A stretch of 64,000 nucleotides of DNA, from assembly GCA_963842525.1 (NCBI GenBank), contig CAWJGT010000009.1:1600001-1664000 (forward strand). Reading direction: 5' to 3'. The position numbers were made by a program, and so were the translations under genes. Of this stretch, positions 51,471 to 60,692 are shown one piece after another. The stretch's first letter is position 1; each line of letters opens with the position of its first letter. A model generated the notes under the pieces. That model searched no databases, was not told the origin of the DNA, and saw nothing but the letters and a program-made list of their open reading frames with translations. The DNA is from an uncultured Holophagales bacterium (lineage in GTDB: Bacteria; Acidobacteriota; Thermoanaerobaculia; Multivoradales; UBA5704).

Positions 51471-53033
51471 TCAGTGCTCGTGGACGTGGATGGGCGTCGC
51501 GTCCCGGAAGACCCGCCCTGCCTGCGTGCGCAGCACGTAGACCAGGGAGAGCTGGTCGCCCGGGTGCATGGCGCTTTCGAGGCCGAGGATGCCCAGGGCC
51601 GGCAAGGTCCCGTTTTCAAAGGACTCGAGGAGCGGCGCATCGTAGGAGCGGTCCAGCTCGTAGACTGTGTCGCCGACCTGGAGGAAGAGCCCTTCGACCG
51701 CGAACGGCAGCGGCTCCGAACGCTCCATGTCGACGACGAGGGGGCGGCGCGGGATCTCCAACGGATCGCCGCCACCGCCGTGGCAGGGGATGCAGGGGTG
51801 ATAGCCGGGCTGCGAGCTGTTGAGCTCTTGGGCCAGCTTCGGCAGCGTCGTCTCCGGCAGGCCCACCGCCGGCCCCGCAACGACGACGGGCGCTGCCTCC
51901 GGGGGATGCGCCGCGCAGACGACGGGGCGGTCGCCGAGGGCCCGCTCGAGGAGCGTTGTGGGGGTTTCGAGGCCGGAGCCGGGCAGGATCTGGCCGTTGC
52001 GCGCCAGGCAGAAGCGCCGGCCGCAGGGGACCGGGACCCAGCGGTCCGGCCCGGACGAGGTCCCCGGCCCCGCACCCGGAGCCGCGGTCCGGGCTCCGGC
52101 GATCCAGCCGGTCGTTACGGCGCTCGCGTAGGAGCTGCCGGCGGGCATGGCCCAGTATTCCTTCCCTTGGGGCGGTGGCTGCAGGGCAAGGTAGATCCCA
52201 TATCCCGGGACGAGGGCCTCGGCGCCGGCCGGCGTCTCCGAGGAGGGCAGCACCTGCCCGGTCCTCTGGTACCAGGCGAGGTCCATGGCGCCGGCGGCCA
52301 GCACCTGGGACGAGGAGGCAGGGAAGAGGAGGAGGCCGTTGTTGCCGGCCGCGGCCACCGGGACCGTGCCGAACCGGGTGCGCAGGTGGGCGAGCACGCC
52401 TTCGATCTCGCAGCCGAGCGACGCAGCCTGGGAGGAGCATCCGGTGCCGTCCGCCAGCCGCCCCAGGCTCAGGTTGACGGCGAGCGGCGGGTTCTCGGGA
52501 TGGGTGGCGGCGCGGTCCGCCACCGCGCAGAGTTGCGCCAGGACGTGGGCGTCCCCCGCGGACGTGAGCCAGGAGGGGAGCGAGCCGGCGCTGTTCGCGA
52601 GATCGAACAGCTCCACCTGCACGCGCTCATCCGAGGCCGCGCGGATTATTTCGGCCACGTTCCATCCGTGCGGGGTGTTCCAGTCGACCACGGCCACCCA
52701 GGGGTCGGCTCCGGCGCCACTGTCCAGATCCGAGCTGAGGTCGGGCTCGTCCGGGCTGATCTCGACGGGGTAGACCGCCGGTGTCCCGGCGCCGGTCCCG
52801 TACGGGCAGCCGCCTCCGTACGTCAGGCCCCGCTGGCCGAAGACGAACCGGCCGTGCTCTCCGCAGGCCAGCGTGGTCGTTTCCGGCGACTCGGCGAGCT
52901 CGCTGTTGTTGATCTCGCAGGTCGAAGCGAAGCGATACCAGCGTACGTCCTGGGCTTCCGCCGCGCCTGGGGTGACCGCGAGAGCCACGGCGAGGAGAGC
53001 GGCGCACGGCAAGGTTGTCCTGGAGGTCTTCAT
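51471..53033 (-). CDS. Secreted S8 (subtilase-like) serine peptidase
   Basis: Signal peptide; VAVVDW (Asp), HGWNVA (His), VNLSLG, VAAAGNN (oxyanion Asn) and GSSYAS (Ser). Confidence 0.8.
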   Translation of the reverse strand: MKTSRTTLPCAALLAVALAVTPGAAEAQDVRWYRFASTCEINNSELAESPETTTLACGEHGRFVFGQRGLTYGGGCPYGTGAGTPAVYPVEISPDEPDLSSDLDSGAGADPWVAVVDWNTPHGWNVAEIIRAASDERVQVELFDLANSAGSLPSWLTSAGDAHVLAQLCAVADRAATHPENPPLAVNLSLGRLADGTGCSSQAASLGCEIEGVLAHLRTRFGTVPVAAAGNNGLLLFPASSSQVLAAGAMDLAWYQRTGQVLPSSETPAGAEALVPGYGIYLALQPPPQGKEYWAMPAGSSYASAVTTGWIAGARTAAPGAGPGTSSGPDRWVPVPCGRRFCLARNGQILPGSGLETPTTLLERALGDRPVVCAAHPPEAAPVVVAGPAVGLPETTLPKLAQELNSSQPGYHPCIPCHGGGGDPLEIPRRPLVVDMERSEPLPFAVEGLFLQVGDTVYELDRSYDAPLLESFENGTLPALGILGLESAMHPGDQLSLVYVLRTQAGRVFRDATPIHVHEH

Positions 53034-53050
53034 GACGAGATCGGTCCTTT

Positions 53051-53890
53051 CTACTCCCGGTCCCGGCCCTCCTCCGGGGTGTGCGGGAGAATGCGCAGGG
53101 TTTGTGGATAGACGAGCCGCCGGCCGCCTTCTCCGGCGAGCACCCTCCGGGGATCTTCCTCCGGCTCGAGGAGGCGGCCTTCCGGCAGATCCCCCTCCCG
53201 GGCGGCCACGAGGTAGAGGACACGGGCTCCGGGCCGGCTGCCGACCAGGTCGCGCGCCAGGCCGCGGAACCGCACGGCGCCCCGCTCGCTCTCGACGCCG
53301 AGCGCGGGCCCGGGGACGATCCTCTCCAGGCGGCCCTCCAGCACCCGGTAGAGGCCGAAGTCGACCTCTGCCTCGGCGGCGCCGCGGGGGCTGACCTCCA
53401 GCCGCACCGGGGTGTCCGGATAGGCGCGGATCCCGGCGGCGGGCTCTTCCCGCGGACCGGTCGAGCGTTCGCTCGCCAGGCCGCGGACGGTCACGTCGTA
53501 GGCGAGCCTGGACGGCAGCCCCGCGGGGGAGCGCAGCGTCCAGACGGCGATCAGCAGACCGGCGGCCAGGGCGGCGACGGCAGGGAGCCAGCGGGAAAGC
53601 CGCCGCGGACGCGGACGGACCTCCCGCGTGCCGAAGCCGGCGAGGACCCGCTCGCGCAGCCCCGCCGGGGGAGCCCCGGCCGCTGCCAGGCCCGCGAGCT
53701 CCCGCAGGCGCGACCGCGCAGCCGGGCTCCGCGCCAGCAGGGCTGCGACCCGCTCGGTCTCGGCCTCGGACAGGCGTCCCTCCCGGAAGGCGCGGAGGAG
53801 GTCGTCCGGCGGCATGCCCGCCGGGTCCCTCGGCGCCTCGGCGAGGCGGGACAGCTCCCAGAGCAGGTCTTCAGGGTCGTGTGGTTCCAT
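53051..53890 (-). CDS. Putative transmembrane anti-sigma factor
   Basis: Zinc-free zf-HC2-like helix LLRAFREGRLSEAETERVAALLARSPAAR, single TM WLPAVAALAAGLLIAVW, extracytoplasmic C-terminus; GAGGA RBS before the ATG at 53890. Confidence 0.7.
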   Translation of the reverse strand: MEPHDPEDLLWELSRLAEAPRDPAGMPPDDLLRAFREGRLSEAETERVAALLARSPAARSRLRELAGLAAAGAPPAGLRERVLAGFGTREVRPRPRRLSRWLPAVAALAAGLLIAVWTLRSPAGLPSRLAYDVTVRGLASERSTGPREEPAAGIRAYPDTPVRLEVSPRGAAEAEVDFGLYRVLEGRLERIVPGPALGVESERGAVRFRGLARDLVGSRPGARVLYLVAAREGDLPEGRLLEPEEDPRRVLAGEGGRRLVYPQTLRILPHTPEEGRDRE

Positions 53891-56800
53891 CTGCCGGTCC
53901 TCGCTGTGGAAGGAGTGGAGAGGAGGTCGTTCTGCCCCCCGTGTCAGAAGGTGTCCGGAAAGTGCTGGTGGCAGGGCCTCCGCTGTGAGCCCTCTCCCCC
54001 AACCCCTCTCCCGCGCGTCCGCCACCCGCCACCCCGAGCGGGAGAGGGGCGCCCCCACCCAGCCCTTTCCCGTTCCCCCTCTCCCGTTCGGGGTGGGGGA
54101 CCGGGGGACGCACGGGAGAGGGGGCCAGGGGGTGAGGGCTCTGCTTCTCAGCCTCGGCCTCGGCACGAGCGCCGCGGAGAAGGAGGAGCCCGGCCCAGGA
54201 CACCGCCGGATGGCGGCGGCGCGCCACGGCCAGGGCCTCGCGATAGGCGGCCGGCACCGGCCGGCCGGACCGGATCGCGCGATAGAAGGGCTCGTTGAAG
54301 TCGCGCGCCAGCCGGTCCTCCAGATCGGTGCGGCTGGCGACCACCCAGGCGACACCCAGCCGGGCGAGCAGGCCGCCCAGGCCGTAGCGGCCGCTGTCCG
54401 CGGTGAAGGGCCAGCGGCCGGTCTCGCAGCCGCTCAAGTTGGCGAAACGGCCCGAGACCGGGAGGCCGGCGAGCTCGACCAGCCGCAGCGGACCGTCCGC
54501 CAGCTCCACGCTCGACAGCTCCGGGAAGGCCGGATCGAAGGTGCCGTGGGTGTCGAGGTGCAGCCAGGCGGCGCCAGGGAGGGCGCGGTGGAGAGCGTCG
54601 CGGCGGGCCTCCTCGCGGTGCAGGATCCGGGCGCCGGGGAAGAGCTCGCGGACCAGGGGGACCAGCTCGCTGCCGCCCGGCAGGTCGCCCAGCGGATCGA
54701 CGACGAACAGGGGCTTCGCTCCGGGCTTCCTTCCTGCAGCCTCGCGGGCCCCGGCCGGCTGGAGGGCCACGGCTGTGACCTCGCTCAGCCAGCGCGGCGC
54801 GCCGCCGCCGGGCGGCAGGGGGAGGGCGGCCAGGGGCGCTCCCTGGAGCATGCCGTGGAGGGCGAACGTCGTGACGGCCGCGAGCTGCGCAGGGTCGCGC
54901 GGCAGGAGAGCCGCGGCGAGCGGAGCCGCCAGCCGTCGCCAGGCGTCGTCGTCGAGGTCGCGCCGGTCGAGCGCTGCGCCGAGCCGCGCCACCAGCTCCC
55001 GCACCTGGTCGCGCGGCATCCTCGTCCGGCGCTCGACCTGCACCCGGCCGGCGTTGTCGCGGCCGAGGAGCAGGACCTCGTCGGCCAACGCCACGGCACG
55101 GAAGCGTACCCCCTCGTCGCCCGGGTCCGCAGCGGCCTCCGGGCAGCCGGGCCACTCCCGCCAGAGGGACTGGAGACGCATCTGGAGGCCGCGGCGAACG
55201 CCTTCGAGCTGCCGCCGCCGCTCTCCCGAGGCGGGCCGGTCGAGAGCCGCCAGTTCCCGCTGCAGGGCCGCGGACTCGGCGTCGATCGCCTGCCAACGGT
55301 CCTTTACGGCCGGGTCCGTCGCCCGCTCCCGGCACTGCCGCCGCGCCGCCTCGTTGGCGGAGAGCCGGTCGAGGCCGGCCAGCAGCTCCCAGGCGCGGCG
55401 GGGGTCGCCGCGCTCCACCGCGACCCGGGCGGCCTGCGCATAGTCGTCGGCCCGCTGCCCCGGACCGAGCGGGATGCGCAGCCCGAGGCTCCCGGCATCG
55501 CCCTGCTCGTGGCGGGCCAGGGACTGCGCGAACGCGAGGTCGGCTCCCGCCAGGTCCCCCTGCCGGCGCCGCGCCTCCGCCGTGCACGAGAGAGCCCGCG
55601 CCGCGAGAGCGGGATCGCCGGCCGTGGCCAGCCGGCCGCAGCGCGAGAGCGCGCCCGCGCTGTCGCCCCGGCGCACGGCCGCGAGCCCCTCGACCAGGTC
55701 GGCCCAGCCGAGCAGCAGGCTCCTGCCCTCGCCGCCGGACCCGGCACCGGCGAGCAGGCTGCGGGCCTGGGCCAGGTGCGGCGCCGGATCGTGCCCCCGG
55801 CGGACCTGGAGATAGGCGAGGTTGATCCTGTGGTTGGCGTGCTGCAGCGGATCGCCGTCCGCCGCGATGGCCGGCAGTGCCCGGGCCAGGCCCCGACCCG
55901 CCTCGTCGAGCTCTCCCGGTGTGGCATCAGGGTCGAGCAGGATCAGCCAGGCGAGCTGCGCCTGGCCATAGGCGAAAAGGGGCTCCTCGCAGGGCAGGCG
56001 GGCGCACTCCGCGAGGTCCGCCCGCAGCCGCTCCACGGCCTCGCGCGCCGCGCCGGCCTGCGACAGGAGATCGGCCTGCTGCATGGTCACGGTGAAGCGC
56101 GCCGGGTCGGCGATGCGCTCGTAGCGCCGCTCGGCCTCGGCATAGGCCTGCCAGGCGGCGGCCGGATTACCGCGCGCCAGAGCGAGCTCGGCGCGGCTGT
56201 AGGCCGCCTGGGCCCCATGCCGGCTCACCTCCGGGCGGTCCAGCCAGGCGGGCAGCCGGTCGAGGCGGCGGCCGGCCTCGGCGAGCGCCTCCAGAGTGCC
56301 CTCGCGAGTGAGGAAATGGCTGGCGACCAGGGAGACGCGGACCGCGAGCTGCGGCAGCCCGCGGTCCCGGGCGCGCGCGGCCAGGGCGTCGAGCCTGGCC
56401 AGGAACGGGCCGAGCGGCCCGCCGGCCCGGCTCGCGAGGAGGCCGGCGAGCTCCTGCGTCAGCGCCGCGTGCGCCGCACGATCGCCCCCGATCCGCACCG
56501 CGCGGCAGGGGAGGCGGCGCTCGGTGTCGTCGAAGCGATCGACCAGCCGGCCGCAGAGCGGCAGCGCGGCTCCCGCCCGCAGGCCCCGCGGGAGCTTCCC
56601 CTCGAAGCAGACCGTCCTCTCCATGCGCGCTGCGGCGGGCGCGAATCCCGTGGGCGACGGCTCGCCGTCGAGCGTCAGCAGCGCCTCCCAGCGGCTGGAG
56701 TCCATGGCTGGCGGGACCTCCAGGCAGAGGCCGAGAGGTTTGCCCTGGTCGAGCACCCGCGGTACCGGCGAGCCGTCCGGCCGCACCTCCACCTCGGCGT

Positions 56801-56915
56801 GCCCGCGCACGACCGCGGGCAGGGCGAGAGGCTCGGCCCCGCAGCCGGCGAGAAGCAGGGCTGCGAGCCCGGCCGCCGCCGTCAGCCGGCGCTCAGGCCC
56901 AGCCTCTCGGCGCAT
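53871..56915 (-). CDS. TPR-CHAT (caspase-like) protease with lipoprotein signal
   Basis: Lipobox LLLAGC; helical repeats; CHAT motifs LHGMLQGAPLAAL, HLDTHG (His), NLSGCETG (Cys) and WAGL. Confidence 0.88.
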   Translation of the reverse strand: MRREAGPERRLTAAAGLAALLLAGCGAEPLALPAVVRGHAEVEVRPDGSPVPRVLDQGKPLGLCLEVPPAMDSSRWEALLTLDGEPSPTGFAPAAARMERTVCFEGKLPRGLRAGAALPLCGRLVDRFDDTERRLPCRAVRIGGDRAAHAALTQELAGLLASRAGGPLGPFLARLDALAARARDRGLPQLAVRVSLVASHFLTREGTLEALAEAGRRLDRLPAWLDRPEVSRHGAQAAYSRAELALARGNPAAAWQAYAEAERRYERIADPARFTVTMQQADLLSQAGAAREAVERLRADLAECARLPCEEPLFAYGQAQLAWLILLDPDATPGELDEAGRGLARALPAIAADGDPLQHANHRINLAYLQVRRGHDPAPHLAQARSLLAGAGSGGEGRSLLLGWADLVEGLAAVRRGDSAGALSRCGRLATAGDPALAARALSCTAEARRRQGDLAGADLAFAQSLARHEQGDAGSLGLRIPLGPGQRADDYAQAARVAVERGDPRRAWELLAGLDRLSANEAARRQCRERATDPAVKDRWQAIDAESAALQRELAALDRPASGERRRQLEGVRRGLQMRLQSLWREWPGCPEAAADPGDEGVRFRAVALADEVLLLGRDNAGRVQVERRTRMPRDQVRELVARLGAALDRRDLDDDAWRRLAAPLAAALLPRDPAQLAAVTTFALHGMLQGAPLAALPLPPGGGAPRWLSEVTAVALQPAGAREAAGRKPGAKPLFVVDPLGDLPGGSELVPLVRELFPGARILHREEARRDALHRALPGAAWLHLDTHGTFDPAFPELSSVELADGPLRLVELAGLPVSGRFANLSGCETGRWPFTADSGRYGLGGLLARLGVAWVVASRTDLEDRLARDFNEPFYRAIRSGRPVPAAYREALAVARRRHPAVSWAGLLLLRGARAEAEAEKQSPHPLAPSPVRPPVPHPERERGNGKGLGGGAPLPLGVAGGGRAGEGLGERAHSGGPATSTFRTPSDTGGRTTSSPLLPQRGPADGTTRP
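53987..54141. repeat. Second palindromic REP/MITE-like repeat, translated as the CHAT tail
   Basis: GAGCCCTCTCCCCC...GGGGGTGAGGGCTC ends and CCCCTCTCCC/GGGAGAGGGG hairpins as in 40790-40935. Confidence 0.85.
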
Positions 56916-57475
56916 CGTCGGACCGCTTCGTTGAGCGACTGGCGGAGCTTGTAGGTGGCCTTCATCGACCAGCCGGTCGCGGCCGCCACCTCCTCGGCGG
57001 AGAGGGCGTCCACGTAGCGCAGCTTGTAATAGAGATAAGTCCGGCCGCGGCTCTCCTGGAGGCAGCGTTCCAGCCGGACCAGCGTGTCGCGGGCGACGGC
57101 GCGGGTCTCGGCCCCAGGGTCGGCCGCCGGCCGCTCTGGATCGGCGAGGGGCACCACCTTGCGCGACCAGGCCGAGCGGCGCCGGTTCGCCGCCACGCCG
57201 CAGGCCAGGTCCCAGAGATGGCGTCCGAGCGCCTCGCGGGTGGCCTCCCCCTCCGGATGGCGGTCGAGGAAGTCGCGGAGCACTTTGCCATCGCGCTGGA
57301 AATAGAAAGCGAAGGCATCCTGCAGAAGGTCTTCCGGGTCCGGGCCGCCCGGATGGCCGTACCGCTGCCGGAGCCGGCGGAAGAGGTCCTCCGCGAAGGT
57401 GTCGTACAGCCAGGCCGCCGCCTGCCGGTCGCCCTCGACGATCCTCCGGAGCTGCTGGCGGACGGCGTCGCTCAT
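56882..57475 (-). CDS. ECF-type RNA polymerase sigma factor
   Basis: GDRQAAAWLYDTF, PEDLLQDAF (region 2) and LRYVDALSAEEVAAATGWS (region 4). Confidence 0.85.
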   Translation of the reverse strand: MSDAVRQQLRRIVEGDRQAAAWLYDTFAEDLFRRLRQRYGHPGGPDPEDLLQDAFAFYFQRDGKVLRDFLDRHPEGEATREALGRHLWDLACGVAANRRRSAWSRKVVPLADPERPAADPGAETRAVARDTLVRLERCLQESRGRTYLYYKLRYVDALSAEEVAAATGWSMKATYKLRQSLNEAVRRCAERLGLSAG

Positions 57476-57572
57476 GGGGGATGGCACAGGGTGCTTCCCA
57501 CAGTCTAGCAGAGGAGAAGCCCCCGGCGGCGAGAGCCGCCAGGGGCGCGCCGGCAGCGCCGAGCGAGAGCCT

Positions 57573-59123
57573 TCAGCAGGAGACCTTGGTGTTGCCCGTG
57601 TTGTAGGTGGTGCAGGAGAGCGGGTTCGTGACGTCCGAGAAGTTGATCGAGGTCGAGGCTGCATTGAGGCCGCTGGTCCCCTGCCGCTGGAAGTGCAGGT
57701 GATCGCCGCAGCCGTTCTTCGTGCAGCAGGTATTGCCCGTATGGCCCTCCATCGCCATCTTGCACCCCACGGTGACCGACTTGCCGTTCCAGACCGAAAT
57801 CGAGGTATGGCGCAGATGGGTGTACTTGGTGTAGGTGCCGTCGGCGTGCGAGAGGATGATGACGTTGCCCCAGCCGCCGTTGCTGGCGCAGGAGGCCGAG
57901 TAGTCGACGCAGCCGGTCTTGTCGATCGCGTTGCAAGTGCAGGAGGTGTGCACATACACCACCGATCCCGCCGCCGCGGCCAGGATCGCCTCGTTGCCCA
58001 CCACCGCCTGGAAGTCGTAGGCATAGGACAGGTTGCCGGTATGGCTCGAGACGTTGCACTTGGTGGAGTAGCTCGCGCCTACTTGGGTGCATGTCAGGTC
58101 GGGGCTGAACGACTTGCCCATCGGCAGCTTGTAGCTCACAGGTGCCGCCTCGACCAGGGTCGAGACCTCGCCGCGCTTCGACAGATAGCGCAGCAGCACG
58201 CCGTTTTCGGTCAGCTCCTTGTAGGCCACGCCCGTCGGGAGGACCGCGACCAGGCGCTGGGCCTCCACCGCGGTCACCTGGGTCCCGTCCGGCCCGAGCA
58301 GCGCCAACCGGGACGCTCCCAGGACGTTGTCGCCCTCGACGGCATAGCCGCCGGCCATCTCGCTGCGGAACGGCTGGGCATCGGCATTGGGCGACCAGTG
58401 CGCGAGCCGGCTGATGAGCCGGGGCAGTTGGAAGGCTGCGGCCTGCCGGACCGCCGCAGCGGGACCCACCGGCAGCCTGTGCTCCTCGACCTGCGGTACC
58501 GGGTACTTCTGCTCCGTCATGAGGGGAGCGCCCTCGAAATAGACGTCCAGCCCGCCGCCGGCGGGAGCCCAGCTCAGATAGTCCGCCACGACGCCGGACG
58601 GGCGGACGACCTCGACCTCGCCGCTCACCACATCGGCCAGCGCGACACCGAACGCGTCGCCCGACGAGAAGGTGTAGGCGATCCGGCTGTCCCCTGTGGG
58701 CGACCAGGCGGCAGTGATCACGAAATGGCCGTCGCGATTGATCCTGCGGGTCTTGCCGCGCCGTTCGACGATCAGATCTCCGCTGGGGACGAGGTCCGCC
58801 ACGGCCTTGCTGTCCGCCTCGGCCCTGGTGACGCTCCGGCGGCCGCTCGACGCGCTCGCATCCACGGCAGCCAGAGTGGTATAGGCCAGCCACCGTCCCT
58901 CTGCGGACCTGCCGGTGTAGGACAGGACCGGGAACACGGTGTTCACCTCCACCGCCTCCGGAGTGCCGCGGCGGAGCCGCAGCTCGTAGGCCGTGCCGCC
59001 GATGCCGACCGGCCACCGCTCCGTCCGCCGGGCTTCTTCGCACCGAGCGACGGAGGGGGCGAGAATCCCTGACGCGACGATAGCAAGAAGAAGACCTTTC
59101 CTGAGAGATCGATGCGCAAGCAT
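57573..59123 (-). CDS. Secreted protein with C-terminal Cys-rich M23 peptidase domain
   Basis: Signal peptide; WSP/WAP propeller-like motifs; SHTGNLSYAYDF, GWGNVI, YTHL and HLHF. Confidence 0.85.
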   Translation of the reverse strand: MLAHRSLRKGLLLAIVASGILAPSVARCEEARRTERWPVGIGGTAYELRLRRGTPEAVEVNTVFPVLSYTGRSAEGRWLAYTTLAAVDASASSGRRSVTRAEADSKAVADLVPSGDLIVERRGKTRRINRDGHFVITAAWSPTGDSRIAYTFSSGDAFGVALADVVSGEVEVVRPSGVVADYLSWAPAGGGLDVYFEGAPLMTEQKYPVPQVEEHRLPVGPAAAVRQAAAFQLPRLISRLAHWSPNADAQPFRSEMAGGYAVEGDNVLGASRLALLGPDGTQVTAVEAQRLVAVLPTGVAYKELTENGVLLRYLSKRGEVSTLVEAAPVSYKLPMGKSFSPDLTCTQVGASYSTKCNVSSHTGNLSYAYDFQAVVGNEAILAAAAGSVVYVHTSCTCNAIDKTGCVDYSASCASNGGWGNVIILSHADGTYTKYTHLRHTSISVWNGKSVTVGCKMAMEGHTGNTCCTKNGCGDHLHFQRQGTSGLNAASTSINFSDVTNPLSCTTYNTGNTKVSC

Positions 59124-59343
59124 GATTCCACTCCTCGGATGTGCTCGGATCGGAATTGATCCGAAGCCTGTCACAGCGAAAGGAGTGGACCGCGCGGGAT
59201 TTTGCCCCCCTACGCGACCAGACGAATCCCGGAAGCCGGCTTACCGAGCGAGATGAGCCTCAAAACGCCCGCGCCGCGGGGCCTTCAAGGCCACGGTTGT
59301 TATTGCGAAAGAGGGTGTTTCGAAAGTAGTCTCTGGATGCTGC

Positions 59344-60039
59344 TCAGCCCTTCCCTGCATCCTCCGCGGCTCGGCGGAGACGGTCCAGCTCCATGTCCAG
59401 GACCCGGAGACGCTCCTCGGCAGCCCGCCGTGCTGCGGCCTCGGCCCGCAAGGCCTCCTCGATCTCCTCGCGCCAGGGCAGCCGCTCGCCGGTGACGGTA
59501 TCCACCAGGCGCAGGCGCAAACCCTCGGGCCGCAACACCAGGCCCGTGGTGCGGCTAACGAGCGAGCCATCCTTCTCCAGGCGCATTGGCCGGTACCGCC
59601 CATTCTCGAGACGGTAGCCCTTGAGCCGGTTCGGCCGCAGATACTCGCCATAGGGATCGAAGAGCACCATCTCCTCCACCCCGATGCGCTGATACTTGCG
59701 CTTCTTCGTCCCCTCGTCCTCGTCCTTGGTGCTCCGGGAGGTCACCTCAATCACCAGGCAGGGCGGCACCCCCTCCTCCCACAGCATGTAGGTGTCGCGG
59801 TTCCACTTGGCGACGCCCCGGGCCATCAGGACATCCGGAGCGACGGCGGCGGAGCGGTTTCCCTTCTCGTAGTAGAGGAAGAGGTTGCCTCCCACCCAGA
59901 CGTCGGGGACCGCGGCGTAGCGGCTCTCCAGACCTTCGATGAGGTCGGACATGACCTTCCGGTGGAGGGTGGTCTCGGCCATGGGCTGGCCGTCGGAGGT
60001 GGGATAGTCGATCTCCTGTTCGAGCGGAATCGCAGCCAT
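59344..60039 (-). CDS. Uma2 (DUF820) family putative endonuclease
   Basis: YPTSDGQPMAETTLH, VAPDV, LVIEVTSRST, KKRKYQRIGVEEMVLFDP and a coiled-coil tail. Confidence 0.92.
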   Translation of the reverse strand: MAAIPLEQEIDYPTSDGQPMAETTLHRKVMSDLIEGLESRYAAVPDVWVGGNLFLYYEKGNRSAAVAPDVLMARGVAKWNRDTYMLWEEGVPPCLVIEVTSRSTKDEDEGTKKRKYQRIGVEEMVLFDPYGEYLRPNRLKGYRLENGRYRPMRLEKDGSLVSRTTGLVLRPEGLRLRLVDTVTGERLPWREEIEEALRAEAAARRAAEERLRVLDMELDRLRRAAEDAGKG

Positions 60040-60159
60040 GGATGCCTGCCTTTCCCCGACGGATCGCGCTATCAGAGCACGAACACCCGCCGGGACGCAA
60101 CTCTTGCCGCTCCATGGTACCACGGGCCGCCTCCCTGTTGCGGCACCGCATCCCGAGCG

Positions 60160-60621
60160 CTACTTCGGCCGTCGGGGACGCTGCTTGGCCGAGATCGACT
60201 TGATGACGAGCCGACCAGGGCCCGTGCCATCCAGCGGCTTGGCGGCCCGTTCGAGCGCGCAGGCGATGAGCGCCTCGACCGCCGGCTTGTCCAGGTCCGA
60301 CGCATCCTTGAGGACGATGTGACGGGCGATGTTACCGCTGCCCTGGAGCAGCTTCTCCGGATCGGGCAGGCTCGACGCATTTTGCAGGAAGCAGAGGTCG
60401 ACCCAGCGCGGCATCACCGCGATCGAAAGGATCGCTTCGGATGCGCGCTCCGTCGGGCCGAAGCCGATGACGAGAGCATTGTAGTTGTCGTACACCATCT
60501 GGACGGCGCCGGGCAGACGAGCCCGCATCTTCGCGAGCGCCGCTTCGGCCTGAGCACCGATCTCGGGTGTGTACTTGGCGATGAACCCGGCGAGCTGGGT
60601 TTCGGGGGATTCGTCTTTCAT
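60160..60621 (-). CDS. DUF1801-like protein
   Basis: VYDNYNALVIGFGPTERASEA and LPDPEKLLQGSGNIARHI. Confidence 0.8.
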   Translation of the reverse strand: MKDESPETQLAGFIAKYTPEIGAQAEAALAKMRARLPGAVQMVYDNYNALVIGFGPTERASEAILSIAVMPRWVDLCFLQNASSLPDPEKLLQGSGNIARHIVLKDASDLDKPAVEALIACALERAAKPLDGTGPGRLVIKSISAKQRPRRPK

Positions 60622-60692
60622 GGTGGTGGCCTGGGGAAGAAGCTGCTCTGCCATTATCATAGGCCATGCCGGCGCACCTTTTGGGCTTCTCT

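Noticed and set aside
53628-56954. 1108-aa plus-strand ORF
   Set aside because: Antisense shadow of the CHAT gene.
59124-59343. Possible c-di-GMP riboswitch upstream of the M23 gene (GGCAAA present)
   Set aside because: The following stem, tetraloop and GACGCAAAG elements could not be found.
59344-60621. Uma2 plus DUF1801 as partners of the TIR gene in a defence operon
   Set aside because: Both are common, host-like high-GC genes, and adjacency alone is not evidence.
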